Source: Tubulanus polymorphus
Lineage: Eukaryota > Animalia > Nemertea
Direction: 5' to 3'
DNA: 64,000 nt
Assembly: GCF_964204645.1 (NCBI RefSeq)
Contig: NC_134035.1
Location: 496,001-560,000, forward strand
The notes under the pieces were generated by a model, which saw only the letters and a program-made list of their open reading frames with translations, was not told the DNA's origin and did no database searches. The number at the start of each line of letters is the position of its first letter. Within the stretch, counting starts at the first letter, position 1. The translations under genes and the position numbers were made by a program. This document shows positions 52,676-64,000 of this stretch, one piece after another.

Positions 52676-54690
52676 TCTGTGTTTGTTATCGGTGTTTGAT
52701 GGAGGTATCAATCTGCAGGCTCTGGGTTGGGAGGGGTGCAGGCTCTGGGTTTAGGGGGGTGCAGGCTCTGGGTTGAGAGGGGTGCAGAGTGCAGGATACA
52801 TATTGAACATTAGATACCTGTATTACACTGTGTTAATATTGTATATTTATGAACTCTTTCTAGTCGAATCAAAAGTCTTTTTTTCAGATTTCGAAATTTC
52901 CATCCGTCGTTTTTTTATCGCTATCTCTCGGGCTTTTTGAAAATGCATGTGATATATTCGTAAATCAAGTCACGTCGTTATCTCGTGTTTTGCCTGTAGT
53001 TGAAAGACTGCCAAATAGAAGCAGAAAACCCACTCAATCTAAAATATGATGTAATCACGTAAAAATACGATATGTTGGATATTACTGAGGGTTATGCAAT
53101 TCTTTCTGACCCATTTCTCTGAACATTTGAGACAGTTTCAGAAAAAAATACATTTGGCGTTTAGAGTATGAAATAATGATGTTGAATGTATAATCAGTAG
53201 AAATGACATGTAGATCAGTAGATTGTTGTATATATATATAATGTATAGTTGGTTTTGAATTAGTTTACTCATCCACTAGTGAGGAGCAAAATCTAGTGAT
53301 ATTGATAATGTGTCTCTGTGTAAATGATGTTGTTAGTTTTCTGCGTTGTAATTCAATTATGCGTACATTAAAAATATTATAATAGAAAGAAGTTTTTTTT
53401 CTTGTAATCTTGTCGATGGTTTTGGTGTTGGATACGACCTAGTTCCACTAACTATCACCGAAAGAGGAGAATGAATCCTGTCGATGAGGATTGGGTAGGG
53501 CCTACAGACCGGGTTGGATACTAGTCTGGATACTTTTTCTGAATACCAGTGGTTGTTACAGGTTGTTAGGGGAATGACGGTTAGGTACCGGTACTAGACT
53601 AGGCTGGATACCGGATAAATCGCATAGTTTGATCCTTTACTAAAAAGTATAATACACAGCATAAATACCGGTACGTGTAAATGGAAAAAGTGACATGAAT
53701 GTAGACTATAAAATGTTTGGGACAGAGAGAATCCCCGTGGAGTCTCTTTTTGTCCTAAAAATTACATAACAAAAAACTCCAAAGCCATGGCGGAATGGTG
53801 CGTGAGTTGAAATAAACGGAGACATAGGAATGAGTCAATATTCAATAGGATATGCTATTAATACCTCTCAGTTTAAAATTCCGCAAGATATTGTGATTGT
53901 AAGATATCATTTTTGAAGATCTATTGCCGTGAGTAATACCGTCCGGACTCGAGGTGATGTTAGGAAAAAACCATGCTGATTTTGGTTGTGTACTGTGTGG
54001 AATTGATCAGAATCAGAAGTTCAGGTGTTGCGCAAATGTTGCGATCGCAACTTTACGAATTAAATCAATGGGAATTTTAATAAGCAGAAGCGACATGATT
54101 GGAATAAATACAGAATTTTGAAAAACTTTGATGTATTGATCTTGGAGGGTACCTCTGAAACATTAGACCATGGCACACAGATGGATGCCTGGTTTTACAG
54201 TCCATTTTTAAGGGATTTTTTTTTCAGGAAAAATAGCGGAAGGGAAAATGACGCCACTCAAGTTGCGATTATCACTGAATAAACAAAATGACTGTTAACT
54301 CGAACTAGATTTACCGCTGGGTTTTACACACTAATTCGTCCAATCAGCTGGTCCAATCAAAAACCGCCTCTGACAGCGCGGGCCGCATGTTGATCCTACT
54401 TGACATTGTACAAACCAGGGAAGTGTGATGAGTGCCGAAATAACCCGGGTTACACACTTCCCTGTACAAACGAAACTCTGAACATAAACAGAAACAGAAC
54501 GTTCTGTGAACATGAACAGCAGCCGTTTTGTCAATGGATAAACCACATTATGGACACGACATGCGACTGCCAGATGCTGGGGTGAAAGTTTTTTCGACAA
54601 ACTTGAATCTAAAACCCGGAGATCCTTCCTAAACGAATCTTAGTTCAATACATGTAGGCCTATATATTCTACAGGTCGATATGAGAAAAA

Positions 54691-57600
54691 ATGGACCGGA
54701 TATTGGATATAGTCTTATGTATTTTCCTCGCGAGGATTGGTTTCGAATTTGAAGCAGCTGCATTGGCTTCAAAATTGAGTAAGTTTCAATCTCCTGTTCA
54801 TCAGTGACCATTGATAGTTAGTACGTACATCGATCTACAGTCTGAACCACAGCCGAATTCATTTGTTTCTTAATGAACTTATCTAGCAGTATCAAACTGG
54901 GAATACATAAACATTAAATACTGTGTAAGGTTTAACCTACGAGCCGCGATCAAGTTGAGATCATTGTACGCAGATAGACAAAAATAATTATACATTGTCC
55001 ATGTAAACTGTCGGCTAACATGTAAATGCTGCTGCTAATTGATACCTGCAAAGAAGACACATCTGTCTCCAAGAAGAAAAATGCTTTAAAGCGGGTTTTG
55101 AAGATATTTATGAAATTTTGCGCGATTGTTTTGTTTTTTTAGAAAGAATTGAAAAATACGACGAACGTTTTTTCGATCTGAGTCGAGGAGTTCGGATAGA
55201 CGAGTTGAAGGCGTTTAATTCAGATGATGCTGACGTCACTTTCAACCGGTAAGATATGTAACTTACCTTATTGTTATTATCTATTGTACAACCAGATTCC
55301 ATTCCATCCATAAATGCAGCAAACTCTCGTAAAGACTTTCAACTCCTCTTAAATTCACGTGTTACTTTTAGTTTGCGATGTTGAAAATGGTTTCTAAAAA
55401 CAAAAAATTTTACAAATGAGTAACAAACAAATATCCATATGAAAAATGTGTATCATTTCAATATAAAGAATCTCACAGCAATTATGAAAATATAAAGTCC
55501 TTAGATAGCTTTAAGTTTATTCAATTCGACCTTTCGAATATATCCTAATAGCCATCTTCAGGAATGAAGGTTCCCGTACACTGATCAGCTGGTGATAGAA
55601 TCGAAGAGACAACACTATTGAAAATGTTTCCAGACATTATTTTGCTTCCACGTCTATCAAACTGCGCCGTCGTTATCTCAAAAAATAGTTAATATTATTT
55701 CTCTCGCATCAGGTACAAATTAGAAACCGATTCGTGGGTTCCATTTCCAAACAAGACGACATCCTGTACTGACGAATTGTCCCATTCTACGCCAACTGTC
55801 GACCCCGATCAAGTCGAAAATTACCGAAATCAGGAACGCAAATTCCTCTTGAAGGTATAAAGCATTAATCAATGTATCTTCGTGAAACGAATTATCTTAA
55901 CCAATATAAATGGACTGAAGTAGAAATTGAACAAATCCCGTAAAACAACAAGAATTATACGGTGCCGCTGTTGTCGACGGAGTTTGTACTGATCTGTAGC
56001 CTATACGTAAGAAGTAAAATTAAAAAGTTGAAATTGAAAAGTTGAGCAAAAATTGCAATGAAAAATTAGGAATTTGTTCATCTCAACTAATTGAAATACT
56101 TGTATTCTCTACGAGGGACGTTTAATTTTCATTTTTTGATAATTTATAATTGCTCCATTGTCGTTTGGTTTCAGTTGCATAAAGCTTGGAATGGGGAATA
56201 TTGGACTAACAAGTGGAACTTGTCGACTGTGCATTGTTCGTGGAGCGGGATCGAGTGCGACCGTAACGGGCTTGTAATGGCGATTAGAATGAGCCTGAAC
56301 AACGTGACCGGTCGAGCGATCAGTTTACATCCGCTCAACTTCTTAAAAGCGATCTGCATAATTCAGAACGATAATCTATACGGACGACTGGAAGACTTCT
56401 TCCAATTAATAAACGAAACCACTTCACTGGAAAGAATTACTCTCTCGTATAACGATTTGAGCGGAGATTTCGGAATACTGGGTCGGTTTCAACGTTTGAA
56501 ATTCATTCAGATTTCAGCTAATTATTTCATTAGCGGTGAAATAACGACTGAATTTTGCGAACTGATCGATTTATTAGTTTTCAGCGTCGGTGAAACGAAG
56601 ATCGGGGGTCTCATACCGCGCTGTTTCGGGTATAAACTCACTAAAGTTCGCTATCTCGATATCGAGTATTGCGACCTCGATGCCGGTCCGATACCGAACG
56701 GGATTACCCACATGGTCGGTTTAAAGTTTTGTCACCTATCCGGAGCAAACCTTCAAGGACAGCTGCCGTGGAACTTCGGCGTGAATTTCAGTTTAGCCGT
56801 CGAAGTTTCGTTGACCGAAAATAACCTGACGGGACACATCCCGGAGTCGTTCGGTTACATGACGAAATTGCAAATCTTGCGTTTGTCCTATAACCAGTTC
56901 GAAGGTCGGATCCCCGATGTGATAAGCAATTATTCGAAGTTGATGATCGTAGATTTGGACAGTAACCGCCTGACCGGGTTACCGCGCACACCGTTTCGGT
57001 CTCACGACCTTCGCGCCATCGACTTGTCCGACAATCCGCTGAACGTCGACATGGCTACATTTTTTGAAATCGTCCAAACCAATCACCAGACGCCGTACGG
57101 TGTTTTTATGCAAACCGCGTTTATACGCTGTAGGAACTGCGGCATCAACGGTTCTCTGACGTCAGACCTTTACTGGTACAACTGGGCCGCTATCATCGAC
57201 CTCAGTCACAATCGGCTACAAGGAAAGGTCCCTGTAGTCGGCATTATGATGTGGTTTTTAACCGAAATCTATCTGAATCACAACCCGTATCTGATCGGCG
57301 CCTTACCGCCGACTTTCAACTGGATAACCGGGCTACGGATACTGGATATATCCCATACAGGAATGAGAGCCTCCAGTAGTCATACACAGGGACTCAATCC
57401 ATCCTTGTTCATCGTCGACACGAGTCGGTTGGTTCAGGTGAAAGATCGCGCGTATTCCTGTCCATCGGTGAGACTGAGAAAGAAAGGTGATCTACCGGGC
57501 AGTGTATTACGTTTAGACCCGGTTTACTACGGATACGACAAGTGCGTGTGTAACCCGGGTTATTTCGGTTCTAAAGGACGCTGTTATCCGTGTCTTGAAT

Positions 57601-59408
57601 CTGGCACGTGTGAGACGGGTTTACCCAATACGACGATGTCGTACGCGTCACAAATGTGGCCGAGTCGTCGTTACAACCCGAACTATTTTCTCAACTGTAC
57701 TCACATCTATAGCGGCCAGCCGACCTGTAACCCGCACGGGAACTGCACGTGCGTTACTAAAATACGTAACGACATGTCATTCGTGGAATGCGATTCGAGT
57801 TGTATGTGTAACCCCTTGTATCACCTAACCGGCCGCAAGTGCTCGCAATGTAAGCCGGGCCGCTTTTACAAAGATGGCTACGCTTGCTACGAATGCATAG
57901 ACCTAAAACGAAACTGGTTAGCTCTGTTCGGTATAATCGTTTCATTGATCGTTCTGGTCGGGATAACGTTGATTCTATGGTATAAGGATAGAGTTCTAGG
58001 AGCAAAGGTTCGATGGGTATTGCACCTCTTCCGTATTTCCTTCCTCGTAGTTCACTTACTAATGGCTACATTCGGTATCGTCCCGACGTGGTCGTTCGAG
58101 TTGGCGGTGCTCACCGTCCTCTTCGGAATGTTGAACCAACAGAACAACGCCAGCGGTATCGTCAAGACGTTCGTGTTTTACATCCAGACTCTGTCGGTCA
58201 CCATACATCGCTTTTCGATTACGGGAATCATCGACTGGTTCAGCAAGATGGAATATTACGTGAAAGATTCGTTGAATTTACGATTTTCTAGTTTCGGTTG
58301 CGTAATGCCGTGGATGAAAGATCCGCTGGGGAAGCTGAAATTCCTCGTAAGCATCATTCCGGGGTTCATCTTCTGTTTAGGCGTGGCCTGCGCAGTTCGC
58401 CTGTTGCTAATAGCCAAGCGTCGATGGCAGACGCGCTTCCTGGAGCCCGATACCGTTCAATCTTTCAACGAAGTGAAATTTTTCGCCACCCGATGTTTCA
58501 GTTTGTTGCTTTTCGTATTCGACTTGACGTTTTATCCGATCGTCTTTCATTCGTTAGCTGCGATAGCTCCGTGTTCGTACGATCCATCGGATGGACACCA
58601 GTATATGAAAGCTTACCAATACATCGACTGCGATTCGGTCGCCTATTCGTCCATGTATTCCACTGGGCTCCCGGCATTGATAGTCTACGGAGCGGTCTGT
58701 CCTGTCATTCTATGCACTATCTTAGCATTGATAAATCGTAAATTACAACGCTTGAGACAACTCACCGATCACGATCTGTTAAACGAAACCGTTCAGACCG
58801 ATATCAAATGCATCGAAGAACTGATTAGCAAATTAGCCGGACCCTTTACCAGTCCGCATAACGTGTACATGTCCAGCTTTTTCCTATTACAAAAAATGTT
58901 GATCGCCCTAATTTTTACGCTTATGAACGAACACGGAATTGCGCAGGTCGTCTTTCTGTCGGTGATGTATTTAGCGTTGCTTTTCCATCAGTTTCATTCG
59001 CATCCGTTTTTAGTAACGGGTCGGTTCGATTTGGAAAACAACTGCTATCAAACAGCTCTGGGTATTCTGGTGACGACGACCGTTTGTAGCGGACTGCTGT
59101 GGAATACCGGGCGGCCGTTTAACGCCGACACCTATTCGACCATCATCGCTATATTCGTATCGGTGTTGAACGTGTTGATGGTACTGATCTATGTCGTGTG
59201 TACCATTTTTCGAGTAGCGAAGAAGAAAGTTCGCGTTCAAGCTGAAAGTATCGAAGACGAAGAAGATGGTACCGGTGACGGTGCGGATCCTGCTGAGACA
59301 CTTATGCTTTTACCAAGCGGAGGATACGGTGCCTTCCAAAGTCTCCCGGTCAAAAGAAACGTCGCTCGTGTAAATGAAAATGCTGCGAATGCGTTTACGA
59401 CATTGTAA
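54691..59408 (+). CDS. LRR + EGF/Cys-rich + multi-pass transmembrane receptor-like protein, 4 exons (54691-54778, 55143-55248, 55713-55854, 56175-59408), ~1189 aa
   Basis: Signal-like N-terminus MDRILDIVLCIFLARIG. Cap QERKFLLKLHKAWNGEYW...HCSWSGIEC. About a dozen LxxLxLxxNxLxGxIP repeats. Cys-rich CVCNPGYFG..CYPC and CMC..TGRKCSQCKPG. ~10-11 hydrophobic segments. Splice phases 1/2/0 are consistent. Confidence 0.88.
55524..55565 (-). ncRNA. Degenerate minimal type I hammerhead ribozyme (Penelope pLTR-type) in an intron
   Basis: Minus strand AUUC-CUGAAGA-U-GGCUAU-uaggau-AUAUUC-GAAA-G-GUC-GAAU: core boxes intact, stem I 4 bp, stem II with one mismatch. Confidence 0.5.
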
Positions 59409-59945
59409 TAATCATTGCTTTTAATGACTGTTATTTGAGGCTTTCGCTGTGTCTATTGACGGGGTGTCCATTTATTGTACCATAATACTCAAACATTTTG
59501 CGGAAGCGAACACTTCTAAAAATCACTTATTAATTAGCTCTTATCATTAAAATCCTAGAAAATTAGGCAGAAATCCGTGAAGGAGTTTAGGAGCCTTAGG
59601 CCTTCTGGGAATTATCTGTTTGAAAAGGGGAATAATATTGTTGATGATAATAATGTTAATGATAATGATAATAATAGTCTGGAAGAAATCGATAGTGAAA
59701 AAGCAGAAAAACCTAATGACAAAAACACTGTACGATTCGAGTACAATTAAACATATTTGTATTTTTCTTATCATTACGAATTTTTAATACAAAAAGATTC
59801 ATTTTAGCTTCTTACAATTTACAATAACAATTTACTACTGTAACGAACATTTCATTGCCTATAATAATTACCCAGCTTAATTAGCAATAGATTTAAAGTA
59901 CATATTATGTATCGAATGAGTCTATCACCTTCAAGAGACAAAATA

Positions 59946-61421
59946 TTAACCTTCATATACATTAGGTTTAAAACCATGCACGCCAAGACCAGTTATTTTA
60001 AATAAAGAACCAGCTAATGGATCTGTCTTTTTGGATTCCTCCGCAGTATGTCCAGAAGAGGTTACAAAAAGTTCATCGTAATTGGGACCGCCAAAACAGC
60101 ATGAAGCCGTCCTCAAAGCCGGAATTTTCACAGTACACAGAAGCTTGCCTAAAAAATAGTAACAAAACATATTAAAATAAATCCTATGTTGGTCGCAAAA
60201 AATATTTGCAATTGCGCGTATTAAAAATTACACGCTTTTTGTGTTTTATAATGACGAATATACAAGATAATTCAATAAAAGCTGTCTTCAAGTTTCACTT
60301 TGCAGGTACGACTCAATGCGACAGGTTTCAGTTTTACCTGATATGGGATCGAACCTAGCAACTTGACCTCCGTAGTGAAAAGCGATCCATAACATTCCCT
60401 CGTTATCGATACACATACCATCGGCAATACCGATATAGTCATCAGAACCTTCTTCCGGGAATTCAATGACACAACGTTTGTTACCTGTAAAAAAACATGA
60501 AATGTTTTATACTTATCTTTCTCAATATGTCATATCTTCCATTTAAATCGAAGCCAAGATGCACAAAGCCGAAAATGGATTTAAATCTGACGACTGTTCT
60601 TAAAACTGTCGCTGCCAATGTGTTCTTCTAATTGAGTGCAACTGACTGTAAGGTTCTTCAACTTACTCGCTACGCCTGTTTGTTTATCATAATCAAAGGC
60701 ATAAACTCGGGAGGGAATACTGTCGACAAAATAAAGAGTCTTATCATCGAGACTCCAAGCGAGACCATTCGAAACTGTGACTTTATCAGTAAACTGTGTA
60801 ACCTTCTTATCTTTATCAATGCAATAGAGAGAACCTTGTTCTTTTTCCATAACAGCAGGATTTCTACCAAAAGGCATTGTCCCTGAAAAAAAAACGAATG
60901 ATGCGGAAATAGAAGTCACAGATGCCGAAGACAAATTCACGTAATTCGGAAAGATGATGAGTACCTGCCCAAATACGACCAGAAGAGTCACATTTAGCGT
61001 CGTTAAATATTGTACTTCGACCTTCTTCGACTGAAGCTATCACCGAATAATCATCGGGATTGTTCCAATCAAACTGAATCATTGAATGGTCCAAATTTGT
61101 CACAAATCCCCCTCCTTTTCTCGGCAGGATGAACGTGGATACAGAATCTACGTGAAAATAATTACCCGGTAGTTTAAAAAATCACCTCTATGGTGAAGAA
61201 GTAGAAAAAAAACTCATAAATTGTTCATTTTGATGAGAATACTTACTGCCGATAGTAATACTTTCAGTTACATTTGTTCGATAATTCCAACGGATGATTT
61301 TATCGACATCCGCCCAAATGTTAACGAAATATAGAGTCTGAGTTGATTCATCCCAATGAGGTCCTTCTCCAATACCAGACGTTACGTTCTTCAGAACGCA
61401 AGTCACCTTCGGTTCCGACAT
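59946..61421 (-). CDS. RGN: Regucalcin / SMP-30 gluconolactonase, 5 exons (61421-61247, 61147-60965, 60882-60667, 60484-60338, 60148-59946), ~307 aa
   Basis: GEGPHWD, FNDAKCDSSGRIWAGTM, GSLY, VSNGLAWS..KTLYFVDS, DGMCIDNEGMLW, TASCCFGGPNYDELFVTS, AGSLFKITGLG. Confidence 0.94.
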
Positions 61422-62971
61422 GACGTCGTCTTCAGCAGCAGTTAAAAACACGTTTAAACTGGAACCTGATCGAACTACAACAAAATCAGAAAGACGGATC
61501 TAACCCTGATGTATAGGCAAACGGTCCAGGGTTCATAGAATTTTAGGGGCTATTCCCATGACTTTTAAGGCCTTGAATTGACCGATTCCCATTCCATGCC
61601 TCTCCGTGACTTTCAATGACCGCTATGATCTTAAATCCGGGATTTCTGTATAATCCAGATCAATTTCATCGGACCAAAATGATCCGAAATAAGCGGGTTC
61701 AAGATCTGTATAGTCAGATCAAAACGGAAAAAAAATTACCGTATCAAAGATTGGAACTTATCGCCGATAACAGCAGAGGATCTGGAGTCACCAGAACCAA
61801 TATCAATTTGCATGTATAGTCATGTCTCCCGAAAAACCGCCAGAATTTCATCCGAAACGAATCATTTCCCGGGAATCACTTGTATCCAAATGTACAGTTG
61901 AAATCCAAATAAACCGCATACCGCTAATCGCCAAGGTTTTCTGTAGTAAAAATACATAGCATCCCGATAAACCGATACCCGACACTGGTATTAACAGCCG
62001 TTATCATTCGGTGCGCGCGCGCAGGGGGTGGATCCAGGGACTACTATGAACACAAGGGCATCATAATTCATGACAAACGAGGGGTGAAAATTTATCGCCT
62101 TTTGGGTGCAATTTCCAAGCAATAAATAAATTCCTGATGCAAAGTGCTTTCTAGAAGATATTACGTAGCTTTCAGGCAATAAAGATGAAATCCTGAAGAA
62201 TGGTGCTATGCCTTTTGTTGAACCGGTATCTGCATAGTCTTATAGTGCCCTTTTATACTTTTGAGATTGTAGAGATGACTAAATGTGCCTTTGAATGCGC
62301 CATTTAGTAGAAAATTATCCACCTCATCTTTTCTACTTTTTGCATTGATAGGAGAGACTTTCCACCTTTTTACCATGTTATTTAACACAATATTAATCGG
62401 ACGATTTTCTTGGACTTTGGTTTAAAATGTTACAATTAATTATTTCTTCACTGAATGACGTACTGGTAAAGAAACATGTGATCATTAGCATTATCCATAT
62501 TTCACGAGTTTTCCCATTTTTTTAAAAACAAAATTCGCATGGACCAACGGATAGTTAAGTCCTTCTCCTTTTGCTCCGCTAATCGAGAAAAAGCAATAAA
62601 TTAGACAGGCAAGATTTTTCATTCACCTTATAAAAAGCTAGCTTAGATTCAACAGACATTCCGAATCATTCAAATCTCCAAAGTCAGAGGCTGCAGTTGC
62701 TCAAAACTCGATCAGAGTTAACCAGTGGATAAATACCATAGTGACAATTAAAATTGCATTGTTTTACCACGATATTTATCCACTGGATCATCTAACCAAC
62801 TGTTGAGCAACTGCAGCGCCACAGATCCGGCGGAGAAGCACTGAACAAGGCACCACTGTAAGATAAATAATAACACTAGAAGAATCGAAATCTCGTTTTC
62901 ATCAGTAGAAACTGATATTTTATATTTCTCATGAGAATCTCATCCCATACATGTAATATTAGTTAATAAAC

Positions 62972-64000
62972 TCAAACAGGAGGTGGAGTCAAGGCGCCCA
63001 GATGACTTCTCACTATATTCAGGTGTTCGTGCCACTGTGTGAATTTCTCTTTCAGTAATTGCCATTGTTGTCGACCGAACGTCCTGTGAGTCGTAGAACT
63101 GATGTTCACTTTTCGCTGTAATTGGTCCATTTGACATCGAACCGCCCGAGTCGCGATTACTGAAAACAAACATACCTCACATCAATGAATTATATGATAA
63201 CCTTATAAGTAAATCTAGAAAAATCTTGAAATTAACCATAAACAACTTGATAACTTGCAGAAACTTGCAGATGTGCAAAGATCTAATGGCCAATAGTTGG
63301 TCATCTTGATATTGATCAGGCCAGTTTTTAGGTCGAAGGCACGTGTACAGTAGTATACACCAAATATCAAGACAATCCATTGAAACATCTTCAAAACTTC
63401 CCCAAAATAACTGGATTCCGTCTACAGGTGGAGGGATAGGGAGCTTAACGAACCTTCAATAATAAATGGTTCTACATCATCTTCGCCGAGTTTCATCTGT
63501 TGTTGAATTGTGTCGAAATCGATTTCAGTTTGAGTTTCGGCCATCTGCATGAAAGTCAACAATCGCATCTTCCTCATATTCTCCTCGTGAGATAAACCTG
63601 AAATCATATGAGAATTTAAAGTTTGACGTGTTTTAGAATTCAAACAGAAATTACTGAAATAACTAAAAATAATAATAATAATAATAACATTTATTTCTAT
63701 ACCGCTCTCCACTGAGTCTTAGAGCGGTTTACATAAGATATACCATTACCATATTAACATTATCATATGTAACATCATCATATTACATTTCAATAAAATG
63801 TTGTTTAAAAAGGTAGGTTTTCACACCAGATTTAAATTCATCAATATCTGTGCAACTGCGTAAATAAGAGGGCAAATTGTTCCATAAAATTGGAGCAGCC
63901 GAAGCAGAAGCAAAAAACAGAACTTACCTAACGTATTGACGAAGTCTGTATTATTTTTGTAGAAGTCGTTATATTGGTCTAACTTTCCGGATACGAATAT
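62972..64000 (-). CDS. EIF3M: Eukaryotic translation initiation factor 3 subunit M, last three exons (64000-63928, 63597-63454, 63159-62972); 5' part outside the window
   Basis: [14 protein letters not shown]...[32 protein letters not shown]...VEPFIIE...[24 protein letters not shown]. Confidence 0.94.
63668..63905 (-). mobile_element. 3' end remnant of an L2/CR1-type LINE in an EIF3M intron
   Basis: [32 protein letters not shown]-terminal motif, then a 3' stem-loop ACCGCTCT...AGAGCGGT, AATAAA and an (ATT)n tail. Confidence 0.75.

Noticed and set aside
54400-54585. Cys-rich 61-aa ORF upstream of the LRR gene
   Set aside because: Non-ATG start, no signal peptide, no splice link, no recognisable cysteine framework.
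56091-56174. N-terminus of the 1105-aa ORF given in the track
   Set aside because: Intronic read-through from a TTG. The TTTCAG acceptor at 56174 and three upstream exons supply a signal peptide and complete the LRR cap.

Overview
Eukaryotic (animal) genomic DNA with spliceosomal GT-AG introns, AT-rich. The gene and repeat content looks like a marine invertebrate, probably lophotrochozoan (inference only). The left ~35 kb is repeat-dominated: Helitron-like tandem copies, a 5'-truncated Neptune-type Penelope (GIY-YIG) retroelement next to a 3.3-kb compound tetranucleotide array, tRNA-derived SINE heads, minisatellites, and a ~15.6-kb higher-order tandem array with a ~5.8-kb period. It also holds one intronless class A GPCR. 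The right ~29 kb is gene-dense: a PAN/Apple + C-type lectin gene, decayed lectin and GPCR duplicates, an uncharacterised 6-exon membrane-protein gene with an intronless GPCR nested on the same strand in its last intron, RPLP2 with two intronic H/ACA snoRNAs, LIX1, ATG101, regucalcin and the 3' part of EIF3M. The most unusual feature is a ~1189-aa receptor-like protein combining a plant/protist-type LRR ectodomain, Cys-rich EGF-like repeats and a ~10-11-pass membrane domain. Almost all of it is encoded by one 3.2-kb exon, which makes it a candidate non-canonical or horizontally acquired sensor or immune receptor. All exon models were assembled by hand from splice sites and frame continuity. No database searches were run.
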